A stretch of 64,000 nucleotides of DNA from an uncultured Gemmatimonadales bacterium (GTDB lineage Bacteria > Gemmatimonadota > Gemmatimonadetes > Longimicrobiales > RSA9): NCBI GenBank assembly GCA_963816355.1, contig CAWFKH010000001.1:352001-416000 (forward strand), written 5' to 3'. The position numbers were made by a program, and so were the translations under genes. The notes below the pieces were generated by a model. The model was not told the origin of the DNA. It ran no database searches and saw only the letters and a list, made by a program, of their open reading frames with translations. Below, piece by piece: positions 19,883 to 29,759 of the stretch (position 1 is the stretch's first letter; every line of letters starts with the position of its first letter).

Positions 19883-22249
19883 ATGATCTCCTTCAGAGTC
19901 TTCGGCGGTGCATCGCTCGAGAGCGATGGCGAGGCGCTGAGTGGTCCCGCCACGCAGCGGCACCGGTTGGCCCTGCTGGCCCTCCTGTGCGTTTCCCACC
20001 CGCGTCCGCTCAGCCGCGACAAGCTGATGGGATACCTCTGGCCGGAGCGCGACGCCCGGTACGCACGAAAGCTGCTGAACCAGGCCGTGCACGTGCTGCG
20101 AAAGGTGCTCGGTGACGGCGCGATCCTCTCGGCCGGGGACGAGCTGCTGCTCGGCTCACCGCCCCTGCAGTGCGACGTCCTCGCCTTCGAGGACGCCCTC
20201 GCCGCAGGCGATCGGGAGCGGGCCGCCGTCCTCCATTCAGGTCCTCTGCTGGACGGCTTCTTTCTCGGCGAGGCGCCCGAATTCGAGCGCTGGGTCGATC
20301 AGGAGCGCGGGCGCCTCCGCAGGGCGTGGCGGAGCGCGCTGGCGGAGCTGGGCAGGGAGAAGCTCGCCGCTGGCGATGCCGCCGGCGCCGGTGAGTGCTG
20401 GCGGCGCCTGCTCGTCGACGACCCGTACGACGCCACGGCCACGGCCGGGCTCATGGAGGCGCTGGAGTCCCTCGGCGACCGGGCCGGCGCCATCCGTCAG
20501 GGGCGGCTGCACGAGCTGCTCATCCGCGAGGAGTTCGGCGCCGAGCCGGATCCCGAAGTGCGTGCACTGGCCGACCGCATTCGCGCCGGATCGGGCATTC
20601 GCGCCGGATCGGGCGACGGCGCCCCGTCCGTTGCAGTGGCGGAAGAGATCGCCGGTGAGGACGTCGGCGGCGAGGACGTCGGTGGCGCAGAGGCGGGCGG
20701 TTCTACCGGCGCCGTCGCTTCGGAGCGCTCCCTGTCATGGAGGTGGATGGGGGTGTTGGCCGCAGCGCTGGTCGTGCTGGCGACGATCGCCTGGGGGTCG
20801 ACGCGGACCTTCTCCGCGAAGCGCGCCGTGATCAGGCGCATCGCCGTTCTTCCTCTGGCGAACCTCACGGGTGACCCCCAGCAGGCCTACTTCGTGGCGG
20901 GAATGCACGACGCGCTGATCTCGGAACTGGCCAAGGTCGGCGCGCTGACCGTCTACTCGCGCCAGTCGGTGCTCCGCTACGCGGGCAGCGACCGGCCTCT
21001 GCCGGACATCGCGAAGGAGCTGGGCGTCGACGCCGTCGTGGAAGGCGCCGTCTTCAAGAGCGGCGACAGCGTCCGCATCAGCGTACAGCTCGTGCGCGCG
21101 CAGCCGGAGCAGCACCTGATCTCCGAGACGTTCACCGGACCGCTGGACCGCGCTTTGACGTTGCAGGGCACGGTAGCACGAGCCGTCGCCGATGCCACGC
21201 GGGCGCGCGTAACGCCCGAGGTGCGGGCGCGCCTGGCGAGCGGTCGGTCGGTCGATCCCGGCGCCCAGGACGCCTACCTGTCGGGGCTGTACCACCTGCA
21301 GCACGCCACGTACGGCCAGGCCCTGCCGGCCGCCGACCAGGAGGCCGAGATCCGGCGGGCGATCGCGGAGCTGGAGGAAGCCGTGGCGCTGGATTCCACG
21401 TGGGCCGCGGCGTATGCCAGGCTCGCGCTCGCCGACCACTGGCTGGCGAACTACCCCGGGGCCGGAGACGAGTACTTCCGGAAATCGAAGGCCGCGGCCC
21501 TGCGGGCGCTCGAGCTCGACGACGAGGAGCCGCAAGCCTACGCCTCGCTCGCGTACGTACGGCTCGAGTACGAAAGGGACTGGGCGGGAGCGGAGCGGGC
21601 GATCCGGCGGGCGAACGAGCTCGACCCGAACTCGCACCACTGGATCTACGCGATCTACCTGATGTCCGCCGGCCGGCTCGACGAGGCGCTCGCAGAATAC
21701 CGCAAGGCGGAGGAGCGGGATCCGGCTTCCGACCTGCTGAAGTCCCAGATCGCAGACACCTACGCGTGCGCCGGCCGGTACGACGAGGCGCTGGCGGAGG
21801 CGAGAGAGTTGCACGCCCGCGTCAGCGCGCCCGACACCGCCGCCGTGGTCGGAAGCACGCGCTGGCTGCTGCGCTTCATGGCCGTGCAATACTCCTTCGC
21901 GGGGGCCCACGACGAGGCGATCGACGCTGGCGAACGACTGCTCGCCCTCACCGATACCGCCACCGCCGCGCCCTGGCTGGCCTTCGCCCTGGCGAAGGCC
22001 GGGCGGCGCGACGAAGCGCGATCGCTGATCGCGCGTCTGGACCCGAGCTGGGCTCGAGGGTTCGGCGACGGCCAGACCTACGTCTACGCCGCGCTCGGCG
22101 ACACGGATCGCGCCGTCGACGCCGCCACGCGGGTGATCCGCTTCATCGGCCGAGAAGTGGTAGCGCTGCGATGCTGGGATGCGTATCCGCTGGTGCGCGA
22201 CGACCCCCGAGTCCAGGAGCTGCTGAGGCCGGTCGGCTTTCCGAACTGA
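19883..22249 (+). CDS. SARP/BTAD transcriptional regulator with TM helix, TolB-like and TPR domains
   Basis: LSRDKLMGYLWPE, EFERWVDQER (BTAD), TM segment, IAVLPLANLTGD, TPR repeats. Confidence 0.88.
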   Translation: MISFRVFGGASLESDGEALSGPATQRHRLALLALLCVSHPRPLSRDKLMGYLWPERDARYARKLLNQAVHVLRKVLGDGAILSAGDELLLGSPPLQCDVLAFEDALAAGDRERAAVLHSGPLLDGFFLGEAPEFERWVDQERGRLRRAWRSALAELGREKLAAGDAAGAGECWRRLLVDDPYDATATAGLMEALESLGDRAGAIRQGRLHELLIREEFGAEPDPEVRALADRIRAGSGIRAGSGDGAPSVAVAEEIAGEDVGGEDVGGAEAGGSTGAVASERSLSWRWMGVLAAALVVLATIAWGSTRTFSAKRAVIRRIAVLPLANLTGDPQQAYFVAGMHDALISELAKVGALTVYSRQSVLRYAGSDRPLPDIAKELGVDAVVEGAVFKSGDSVRISVQLVRAQPEQHLISETFTGPLDRALTLQGTVARAVADATRARVTPEVRARLASGRSVDPGAQDAYLSGLYHLQHATYGQALPAADQEAEIRRAIAELEEAVALDSTWAAAYARLALADHWLANYPGAGDEYFRKSKAAALRALELDDEEPQAYASLAYVRLEYERDWAGAERAIRRANELDPNSHHWIYAIYLMSAGRLDEALAEYRKAEERDPASDLLKSQIADTYACAGRYDEALAEARELHARVSAPDTAAVVGSTRWLLRFMAVQYSFAGAHDEAIDAGERLLALTDTATAAPWLAFALAKAGRRDEARSLIARLDPSWARGFGDGQTYVYAALGDTDRAVDAATRVIRFIGREVVALRCWDAYPLVRDDPRVQELLRPVGFPN

Positions 22250-22387
22250 GCCGCACGGCGAGCCGTTCGCGCCGCTGAATCGCCGGCGCTGGCAGGGAGG
22301 ACGACCGGGTGGATGCGAGCACTTGTCCCGCGCGCGCCGCCGTAATAGGCTCGGATGTTCACCCTCCCCCTCCACGCGGGAAAGACC

Positions 22388-22846
22388 ATGGCCGCGATCA
22401 CCCTCCGCATCAACGGTCGCAACCGCGACCTCGCCGTCCAGCCCGACATGCCCCTGCTCTGGGTACTCCGCGACGCCGCCGGCCTGACCGGCACGAAGTT
22501 CGGCTGCGGCATCGGCGCGTGCGGCGCCTGCACGGTTCACCTCGACGGCAAGCCGGTGCGCTCGTGCCGCACCGCGGTGTCCGAGGTCGGAGCGCGGGCG
22601 ATCACCACGATCGAGGGCCTCTCGGCCGACGTGACGCACGCGGTCCAGAAGGCGTGGATCGCCGAGGAGGTGCCGCAGTGCGGCTACTGCCAGTCGGGGC
22701 AGATCATGTCCGCCGCCGCGCTGCTCGCCGCGAACGGGAGGCCGAGCGACGCCGACATCGACAAGGCGATGTCGGGCAACATCTGCCGGTGCGGGACGTA
22801 CGACCGCATCCGGCGCGCGATCCACCGCGCCGCGCGGGAGGGCTGA
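22388..22846 (+). CDS. iorA: (2Fe-2S)-binding subunit of isoquinoline 1-oxidoreductase-like molybdoenzyme
   Basis: [33 protein letters not shown]. Confidence 0.92.
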   Translation: MAAITLRINGRNRDLAVQPDMPLLWVLRDAAGLTGTKFGCGIGACGACTVHLDGKPVRSCRTAVSEVGARAITTIEGLSADVTHAVQKAWIAEEVPQCGYCQSGQIMSAAALLAANGRPSDADIDKAMSGNICRCGTYDRIRRAIHRAAREG

Positions 22847-22849
22847 GCC

Positions 22850-24979
22850 ATGGCGAAGATCTCGAAGCTCGATCGGCGCGACTTCATCAAGGTGACGGCG
22901 CTGGCGGGCGGCGGCCTGGCGCTCGGCGTCTACTTCCCCGGTCTGGCGCGGCGGGACGACGAGCGGACCGGCGCCGCGGCGCCCCTCCAGCCCAACGCGT
23001 TCGTGCGCATCGAGGCGGATGGCACGGTGACGATCTGGTCGGCGCGGTCCGACATGGGCCAGGGCGTGCGCACGGCGATGCCGATGATCGTCGCCGAGGA
23101 GCTGGACGCCGACTGGAGCACCGTGCGCATCCTGCAGGCGGACGCTCACCCGACGCAGTACGGCCGCATGATGACCGTCGGCAGCTCCAGCGTGCGAGGC
23201 CACGCGTGGATGGCGCTGCGTCAGGCGGGCGCCACCGCGCGCGCGATGCTGGTGGCCGCGGCGGCCGCCCGGTGGGGCGTGCCGGCGGGCGCGTGTCGCA
23301 CCGAGAACGGCCGCGTGTTCCACGACGCGTCGAAGCGGTCGCTTTCCTACGGCGACGTCGCCGACGCGGCATCCGCGCTGCCCGTTCCGGCGGAGCCGCG
23401 GCTCAAGGAGGCGAAGGACTTCAAGCTGATCGGCAAGCGGATCCCGCTGGTCGACACGAAGGAGAAGGTGTCGGGCCGCGCCGCCTACGGCATCGACGCG
23501 CGCGTCCCCGGCATGCTGTTCGCCACCGTGGTGCATCCGCCGGCGTTCGGCGACTCGGTGCGCTCGTTCGACGACGCGAAGGCGCGCGCGGTGCCCGGCG
23601 TGAAGGACGTCGTCCGGATCTCGAGCGGTGTCGCGGTCGTCGCCGAAGACACGTGGGCGGCAATCAAGGGCGCGCGCGCGCTCGCGGTCGAGTGGCAGAG
23701 CGGCGGCTTCGCGATGAACAGCGACGACATCTTTCAGAGCCTCGCGCAACTCGCGCAGAAAGCGGGCCTCGAGGCGCGCAATGAAGGCGACGTCGACGCG
23801 GCGCTGTCGGCGGCGTCGCGTCGCGTCGCCGCGACCTACCGGGCACCGTACCTCGCCCACGCCACCATGGAGCCGATGAACTGCACGGCGGACGTGCGCG
23901 CCGACCGCTGCGAGATCTGGGCGCCGACGCAGAACCCGCAGGGAACGCAGCACACGGCCGCGCAGCTTACCGGCCTGCCGATCGAGAAGGTCACCGTGCA
24001 CGTGCAGTACCTGGGGTGCGGCTGGGGCCGGCGCTCGCGCACGGATTTCGTCGAGGACGCGGTCGAGACGTCGAAGGCGATCGGCGCGCCGGTGCAGGTG
24101 CTATGGACGCGGGAAGAGGACATGCAGCACGACCAGTACCGGCCGGCGGCGCACGTCGAGTTCCAGGGTGCGCTGGACGCGCGCGGCCGGGTGACGGCGC
24201 TCCACGCGCGGATCGCCACGCCCCCGATTTCCGGGCGGGGCGATGGCGTGGATCGCGCGGCCGTGGACGCCATCGCGAACACGCCGTACGGGATCGAGAG
24301 CCTGCGCGTCGACTACGGCCGGCCCGACATCGCGGTCCCGGTCGGGTACTGGCGCTCCGTCGGTCCGTCGCAGAACGCGTTCTTCATCGAGAGCTTCATC
24401 GACGAGCTGGCGGACGCGGCCCATCGCGACCCGCTCGACGTGCGGCTCGAGCTGCTGTCGGACGCGCCGCGGCTGAAGCACGTGCTCGAGGTGGCCGCCG
24501 AGCGCTCGGCGTGGCGGACGCCGGCGCCCGCGGGTCGGGCGCGCGGCCTTGCCGTCGCCGAGCTCGACGGCTCCTATGTCGCCGAAGTCGCCGAGGTGTC
24601 GCTGGAGGACGGCCGCCCGCGCGTCCACAAGGTCTGGTGCGTGGCCGACTGCGGCCGCGTCATGCACCCGGGCATCGTCGAGGCGCAGCTCATGGGCGCG
24701 ATCATCGGCGGCCTCACCGCTGCGCTGTACGGCGAGATCACGATCGAGAACGGACGGACCCGGCAGCGGAACTTCAACGACTACCGCATGGTGCGGATGA
24801 GGGAGGCGCCGGAGTACGACATCGTCCTCGTCGACAGCGAAGAGGAGCCGGGCGGAGCGGGCGAGCCGGGCGTGCCGCAGATCGCTCCGGCGGTGGCGAA
24901 CGCGATCTACCGCCTGACGGGCACGCGCGTGCGGACGCTGCCGATCCGCCTGGAGACGCGCGCCACGATCGGAGCGTAG
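22850..24979 (+). CDS. iorB: Molybdopterin-binding subunit, xanthine dehydrogenase family (IorB-like)
   Basis: Tat signal DRRDFIK; DMGQG, HATMEPMN, WRSVG, GAGEPG. Confidence 0.92.
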   Translation: MAKISKLDRRDFIKVTALAGGGLALGVYFPGLARRDDERTGAAAPLQPNAFVRIEADGTVTIWSARSDMGQGVRTAMPMIVAEELDADWSTVRILQADAHPTQYGRMMTVGSSSVRGHAWMALRQAGATARAMLVAAAAARWGVPAGACRTENGRVFHDASKRSLSYGDVADAASALPVPAEPRLKEAKDFKLIGKRIPLVDTKEKVSGRAAYGIDARVPGMLFATVVHPPAFGDSVRSFDDAKARAVPGVKDVVRISSGVAVVAEDTWAAIKGARALAVEWQSGGFAMNSDDIFQSLAQLAQKAGLEARNEGDVDAALSAASRRVAATYRAPYLAHATMEPMNCTADVRADRCEIWAPTQNPQGTQHTAAQLTGLPIEKVTVHVQYLGCGWGRRSRTDFVEDAVETSKAIGAPVQVLWTREEDMQHDQYRPAAHVEFQGALDARGRVTALHARIATPPISGRGDGVDRAAVDAIANTPYGIESLRVDYGRPDIAVPVGYWRSVGPSQNAFFIESFIDELADAAHRDPLDVRLELLSDAPRLKHVLEVAAERSAWRTPAPAGRARGLAVAELDGSYVAEVAEVSLEDGRPRVHKVWCVADCGRVMHPGIVEAQLMGAIIGGLTAALYGEITIENGRTRQRNFNDYRMVRMREAPEYDIVLVDSEEEPGGAGEPGVPQIAPAVANAIYRLTGTRVRTLPIRLETRATIGA

Positions 24980-25023
24980 CCGGCCGCGGACGCTATCCAG
25001 AGTTCGCCTACCCCGAAAAAGCC

Positions 25024-25057
25024 AAGGGGCGGCGCCGGAAGGCGCCGCCCCTCTTTC
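25024..25057. terminator. Rho-independent terminator between convergent genes
   Basis: AGGGGCGGCGCC-GGAA-GGCGCCGCCCCT followed by CTTT. Confidence 0.8.
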
Positions 25058-25077
25058 ATCGATCGAGCGTGGCTCGG

Positions 25078-26139
25078 TCAGTCACCGCAGTGCGGAGGTC
25101 CGCCGGCGGCGAGCCCGTTGTTGAAGGTGTCCAGCGTCCCGGCCAGCGCGATGACCTGGTCGCGTGTGAAGGACGTGCCGTTGAAGTAGTCCGTGGCATC
25201 GCTCAGCGCGTCCGCCACCTCGGCCGTCGTGCTCGCGCCGCTGGCGACGTTCAGCTCCGCCGCGATGTACTGGTGGGCGAGGATCAGGAACTCGTTGCCG
25301 TGCCGCGGCGGCGTGTTGAGGATGTCGATCCAGCTGTCACCGCCGAAGAAGGAGGCGTCCGGATCGAACCCGGCGGGCCAGTCCTCCTCGTGGTTCTTCC
25401 AGAACCCCTGCGTCAGCGTGCAGCCGACCGTTTCCGTGAAGGAGGTCGTCGCGGACTTCACGACGTAGTCGTTGTCCACGCTCGCGCCTCCGTTCGGATC
25501 CTTCCGGAACTCGATGACGAGGTTCGCCGTCGGCAGGCCGATCGTCAGCACCGCGTTCGGATCGCTGTCGCTCCCCTGATCCGAAACGTTGGTGAACGCG
25601 GAGAAGGTCGTGCCGCCGTCGGTCGAGATCCGGTACGAATAGCCCTCAGTGGCCTGAAGCGAGCCGATGTCGATCTCGTCGAGCATGGATCCGGCGGGCA
25701 GCACGCCGCTGAAGTCCAGCCGCAGCGTGCCGTCGCCGCCGTCGCCGACCTCGTCGCCGTCGGCGGGGAACGTGCACGTGGCGTCCCCCGTCAGGCAGAG
25801 GCCGAGCCCCCGCTCCGTCGCGCCCACGGCGAGCGACATCCCCTTCACCGTGATGTGCTCACCCGCGCCGCCCGTCGAGCCGTCGATCGACCCATTGCCG
25901 GTGATCGAGAACGTCTCGGTGGTCCCGAGATCCGCCGGATCCGGGCTCGTCGGATACATCGCGGCGAAGTCCCACAGAACCGTCGTCACCGACGCCGGCG
26001 TGAGATCCGCCAGTGCCGGCTGCGTCGCAGCCGCCGTCGGGGCGACGGGGTTTCTCTGGGACTCGCTGCAGCCGGCGAGAAGGGCCGCCGCAGCCAGGAT
26101 ACAGCCGCCGACCGCGCCGTGTAGTCGTGATCTCCGCAT
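25078..26139 (-). CDS. Hypothetical lipoprotein with C-terminal GCTLTQGFWKNH domain
   Basis: Lipobox LAGC; GGAGG RBS; beta-rich N-terminal part; ILAHQYIAAELN. Confidence 0.8.
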   Translation of the reverse strand: MRRSRLHGAVGGCILAAAALLAGCSESQRNPVAPTAAATQPALADLTPASVTTVLWDFAAMYPTSPDPADLGTTETFSITGNGSIDGSTGGAGEHITVKGMSLAVGATERGLGLCLTGDATCTFPADGDEVGDGGDGTLRLDFSGVLPAGSMLDEIDIGSLQATEGYSYRISTDGGTTFSAFTNVSDQGSDSDPNAVLTIGLPTANLVIEFRKDPNGGASVDNDYVVKSATTSFTETVGCTLTQGFWKNHEEDWPAGFDPDASFFGGDSWIDILNTPPRHGNEFLILAHQYIAAELNVASGASTTAEVADALSDATDYFNGTSFTRDQVIALAGTLDTFNNGLAAGGPPHCGD

Positions 26140-26446
26140 GCCATGCCTCCATTGAACGGAAAATACCAGGATGTCTTCGGGGTGCGCCGCGAACTACGCT
26201 ACCCAATGCACGAGCCATTCCAATACCGTCCATCGGCATGATTGCATGCGCAGCGCCCGCATCCAGATCGTCGGTCTCCGGTCAATGTCGCGCGGGCGCA
26301 TCGGTACGTCGCGCGTGCGCATCGCCTTGATGCGGCGCTGCAACTCCTGGCCCGCCAGGAAGGCGGCGCGGTGGCGTACACACATGCGCGTACCACGGGC
26401 CACGCTTCCGAAGGGCGTGCGGCTCCGCTGTTCTGGAAGGACTGGC

Positions 26447-27151
26447 TCAGAAGGGGCCGATGCGGACGCCGATGAGGGGGAGGGCATCGGCCTGCAAGCG
26501 TCGCTGTCCGCCTGCTCCCTGGACCTCGTCGAAGCGGTAGGTGCTGACGATGCCGTGGATTTCCGCGGTGAAGGTCACGGGACCGGCATCCAGTTCGAGG
26601 CCCGCGCCGGCTCGGCCGGCCAGCGCCGTGGACGCGCTGAGCTGCGGCCCGGCGGAAGCCGTGGGGCTGAACCGGTAGGTTCGTATGCCGAGGGCGGCGA
26701 GGGCGAACGGACGGAGGGGTCCACCTCGCGGCATGAGGGTGAGACCGGCAGTGGCGAGCGCCATGCTGGCGTCGAAGGTGCTCTCCTGGCCGTCGAGGCG
26801 GACGGGGAGGGTGGGCGCGTAGTCGAAGGCCACGCGCCCTGAGACGATCGACGCGGCGCTCTGCCAGGTGACGGCCGCGCCGAAGAGTGCGCCTGCCTCG
26901 AGTTCGGCGAGCACGGCAGAGGGAGGGCTGCCGGCGGTCTGAGTGGAGATCGGGGCGTCGCCGAGCGCTCGCCCGGGCAGGAAGACGCCTGCCCGGGGCG
27001 TGATCGTGAACCCGGGACGACGCATCTGTGCCTGGCCCGGACTGGCGGAGACGAAGCAAGTCAGTACGACCAAAGAGGACGGCCCCAGGCTTCGGGCCAG
27101 ACTTCTGATCATCAGCGACCTCCGCAACGGGAACGAGGGCAGATCTCGCAT
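26447..27151 (-). CDS. Putative outer-membrane beta-barrel protein
   Basis: GGAGG RBS; signal peptide ending GQAQ; alternating beta strands; C-terminal Phe. Confidence 0.6.
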   Translation of the reverse strand: MRDLPSFPLRRSLMIRSLARSLGPSSLVVLTCFVSASPGQAQMRRPGFTITPRAGVFLPGRALGDAPISTQTAGSPPSAVLAELEAGALFGAAVTWQSAASIVSGRVAFDYAPTLPVRLDGQESTFDASMALATAGLTLMPRGGPLRPFALAALGIRTYRFSPTASAGPQLSASTALAGRAGAGLELDAGPVTFTAEIHGIVSTYRFDEVQGAGGQRRLQADALPLIGVRIGPF

Positions 27152-27287
27152 CGAGGCGCACCTCCGTGATGAACGAGCCGCGGCAGGAGTTTATGACGGC
27201 AGGTCGCGCCGTTCAGCGGCAGCATCCCCCGATCCGTGCTCGCTGTCGGCTGCAGCGCGGCGTCCAGGGGGTCGACTCCTTCGTTGA

Positions 27288-27485
27288 CGGCAAAGCGCCC
27301 CCTCGCCGGACCCATCCCGGCGCGGGGCACACTGGACGGCTCCGAGAGCGGTCAACTCCGCCCCTCGCCCGAGCCCGCAGCGGCGCGGGGTCATTGCGAC
27401 CGCGCCCCGCGCGGTCCGACCTGCCCCGGCCCAGAAATGGCGGCCGGCGGGGCTGAATTGCCGGCGATCACGGACGGCGCGGAGC
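27288..27485 (+). repeat. Dispersed palindromic-unit element, copy 1
   Basis: Core 27324-27485 aligns without gaps to the reverse complement of 51014-51175 (about 25 mismatches in 162 by hand count). Confidence 0.9.
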
Positions 27486-27530
27486 GGCCGCCGAGCGGGT
27501 TCGCCGTGCGGAGCCGGTGAATCCCCGCCT

Positions 27531-29393
27531 TCAGTGCAGCCGCGCCTTCGTCGAGCGCGGCGCCGGCTCGCACTCCGGCCACGTGGTGGCGCCGCCGCGT
27601 CGGCCGAACGGGGAGGGAGGGAGGCTGGCGAGGTCGACGCGATCGAGGGGGATGCGCTCGGGGTCCTCGGAGGCGAGGTAGGCGAGCATCGCGGTGAGCG
27701 TCGCGTTGTAGCGCAGATCGTCGAACACGACCTTGTCGTACGTGTCGCGCTCGGTGTGCCAGGTGACGTTGCCGTAGTCCCACGACAGGGCGCCGAGGCC
27801 GAAGGCGGGCAGGCCGTGGCAGCCGAAGGAGAAGTCGTCGCTGCCGCCGCCGGCCGGGCGGCCGGCGACGACGGGGGCGCCGTCGTCGATGCGCTGGCGC
27901 CACTCGAGGGGAATCTCGGCCAGCCACGCGTTCAGGTGCTCGGGCGCGTGGACGAGGCCGGCGCCGCCGATGCGCACGATGCGGCCGGTGCCGTTGTCCT
28001 GGTTGAAGAGCGCCTGGAGCCCGCGCAGCACCTCGGGGTGGTCCTCCGTGAACGCCTTCGAGCCGACCTCGCCTTCCTCCTCGCCGCTCCAGTGGCCGAC
28101 CAGGATGGTGCGCTTCGGGTGCGGGTAGACCCGCTTCAGGATGCGCATCGCCTCGAGCATCGTGAGCGTGCCGGTGCCGTTGTCGGTGGCACCCGACGAG
28201 CCGTCCCACGAGTCGAAGTGCGCCGAAAGCATCACGTACTCGTCGGGCGTCTCCGTGCCCGGTATCGCGGCGACCACGTTGTAGACCGGCTGCTCGCCGA
28301 GCAGCTTGCCCTCAAGGTCGAGGCGGATGCGGGGGCGGTCGCCGTTCTCGGTGAGGCGGTAGACGAGGCCGTAGTCCTCGCAGTCAAGCGCGACCGCCGG
28401 CGACTTCGTGTTGTACGTCTCGAAGACCTCCATCGCGCCCCAGCCGGTGTTGAGCGTGCCGGCGAAGCTGCCGAAGCCGCCGCCGCCCCGGCCCTGCGGG
28501 TCCAGCTCGGCGGCGACCACCTGCTCCGGCGTGCGTCCGCCGCCCATCCGCCACGCCAGCTTCGGACGCGAGGTGAGGATGCCGGCGGCGCCTGCCTCCT
28601 CGAGGCGCACGCCGAGGTCGCCGCCGCCGAGGGCCGGATAGTAGCCGGTGCCGCGCAGGCCGGCTCCCGCGCCGTCCTCGCCCGGGCGGGGTCGTACGAC
28701 GCTCCACGCGCGTTGCGTCTCCACCATCAGCGTGTCCATGCGCGCCTTCGACTCCGGCGTCGCGTTCATCGCCCAGTCGTCCTGCGGCCGGCAGGTGGGC
28801 AGCGCCGCGGAGATGAGGACGAGCTTCCCCTTGGCGTTCGGCAGCCAGCGCACGAACTCGGTGCTGTCGTGGAACGCGGGCAGGATGACGGTCCCGAGCG
28901 TGACCGGCTTGCCGCCGGTGCCCGGGCTGTAGCCCACCATCTGCCCCTGGAGCGTGCGGTTGCGCGGCGCCACCAGGTCGATGTGCGACGGCCCTCGCAC
29001 CCAGCCGCGCCACGTGCCGTAGCGCTCCTCGCGCGCGTCGATGCCCCACGTCGCGTACTCCTTCAGGAGCCAGTCCTGCGCCCGCTTGAGGTCCGGGCTC
29101 CCCATCAGCCGCGGGCCGAGCGAATCGAAGAGCACGTGGGCCTCCGTCTCGAGCCGCGAGCTGTCCATTCCGACGGCGTAGATCCGCCGGATCGTCGCGT
29201 CGTCCGTGGGGAACGTCTGCGCGGCGACGGGCACGGGCGCGGGGAGCGCCGCGGCCACCGCGAGGCCGAGGGCGAGGGCCGGCGCGAGGGCGAGGGCGCG
29301 CGCGCGCCCCGGCGCAGGAGCGAGGATCGGCGTGAGGGCGGGCGTCGGCGTCGGCAGCGCGGCGCCGGCGCGGCGCGAGGGTCGATTCGTCAT
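27531..29393 (-). CDS. M28 family metallopeptidase (carboxypeptidase Q-like), secreted
   Basis: SAHFDSWD, GATDNGTG, WSGEEEG, GSDD, WHTERDT. Confidence 0.9.
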   Translation of the reverse strand: MTNRPSRRAGAALPTPTPALTPILAPAPGRARALALAPALALGLAVAAALPAPVPVAAQTFPTDDATIRRIYAVGMDSSRLETEAHVLFDSLGPRLMGSPDLKRAQDWLLKEYATWGIDAREERYGTWRGWVRGPSHIDLVAPRNRTLQGQMVGYSPGTGGKPVTLGTVILPAFHDSTEFVRWLPNAKGKLVLISAALPTCRPQDDWAMNATPESKARMDTLMVETQRAWSVVRPRPGEDGAGAGLRGTGYYPALGGGDLGVRLEEAGAAGILTSRPKLAWRMGGGRTPEQVVAAELDPQGRGGGGFGSFAGTLNTGWGAMEVFETYNTKSPAVALDCEDYGLVYRLTENGDRPRIRLDLEGKLLGEQPVYNVVAAIPGTETPDEYVMLSAHFDSWDGSSGATDNGTGTLTMLEAMRILKRVYPHPKRTILVGHWSGEEEGEVGSKAFTEDHPEVLRGLQALFNQDNGTGRIVRIGGAGLVHAPEHLNAWLAEIPLEWRQRIDDGAPVVAGRPAGGGSDDFSFGCHGLPAFGLGALSWDYGNVTWHTERDTYDKVVFDDLRYNATLTAMLAYLASEDPERIPLDRVDLASLPPSPFGRRGGATTWPECEPAPRSTKARLH

Positions 29394-29543
29394 CGGTTCC
29401 AGGTCCTGCGGCAGGGGAAGAACGGGCATGTTCGCGACCTGGGATTCTACGCCGTGCGGCGACGATCGCAAAGGGAGTCGGACTCGCGGAGGTCGGCTGC
29501 GACGCGCTCGACGTGCACGCGCGAGCGCTGGGACGACGTCGCT

Positions 29544-29616
29544 GCCCGCGACGCTGGCGGCCGAGCCCGGTTGCCGCCCGCGACGCTGGCGGGCGAGCGC
29601 GGTTGCCGCCCGCGAC
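29544..29616. repeat. 32-bp tandem repeat (about 2.3 copies) in divergent intergenic region
   Basis: GCCCGCGACGCTGGCGGSCGAGCSCGGTTGCC repeated. Confidence 0.8.
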
Positions 29617-29759
29617 CCGCCGCCGCATACTTTTCGGCGATCCGCGAGCCGCCCGCCTCCCCATCCCGACGCCGCGGGCTCCTACTCCGCATCGCAGAGC
29701 GCGGCGTGACGACCGATCCGTCCGACGCGCGATCGAACCCCCAACGCCAGCGGGTGCCC

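Noticed and set aside
20735..24001. Long Arg/Ala/Gly-rich ORFs such as this one, 38781-42014, 29682-32558 and 55986-58817
   Set aside because: Opposite-strand or off-frame shadows of well-supported genes in high-GC DNA, with no motifs.
26203..26217. Sigma54 promoter upstream of the lipoprotein (TGGCTCGTGCATTGG on the minus strand)
   Set aside because: The -12 element reads TTGG rather than TTGC; too weak without activator context.
27288..27485. CRISPR array interpretation of the periodic palindromes
   Set aside because: Units are degenerate, there are only two full units, spacers are shared between the two copies, and no cas genes are in the window.
27534..29759. N-terminal ~740 aa of the 1530-aa ORF
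   Set aside because: Antisense shadow of the M28 peptidase; the real S9 peptidase starts near 29760.
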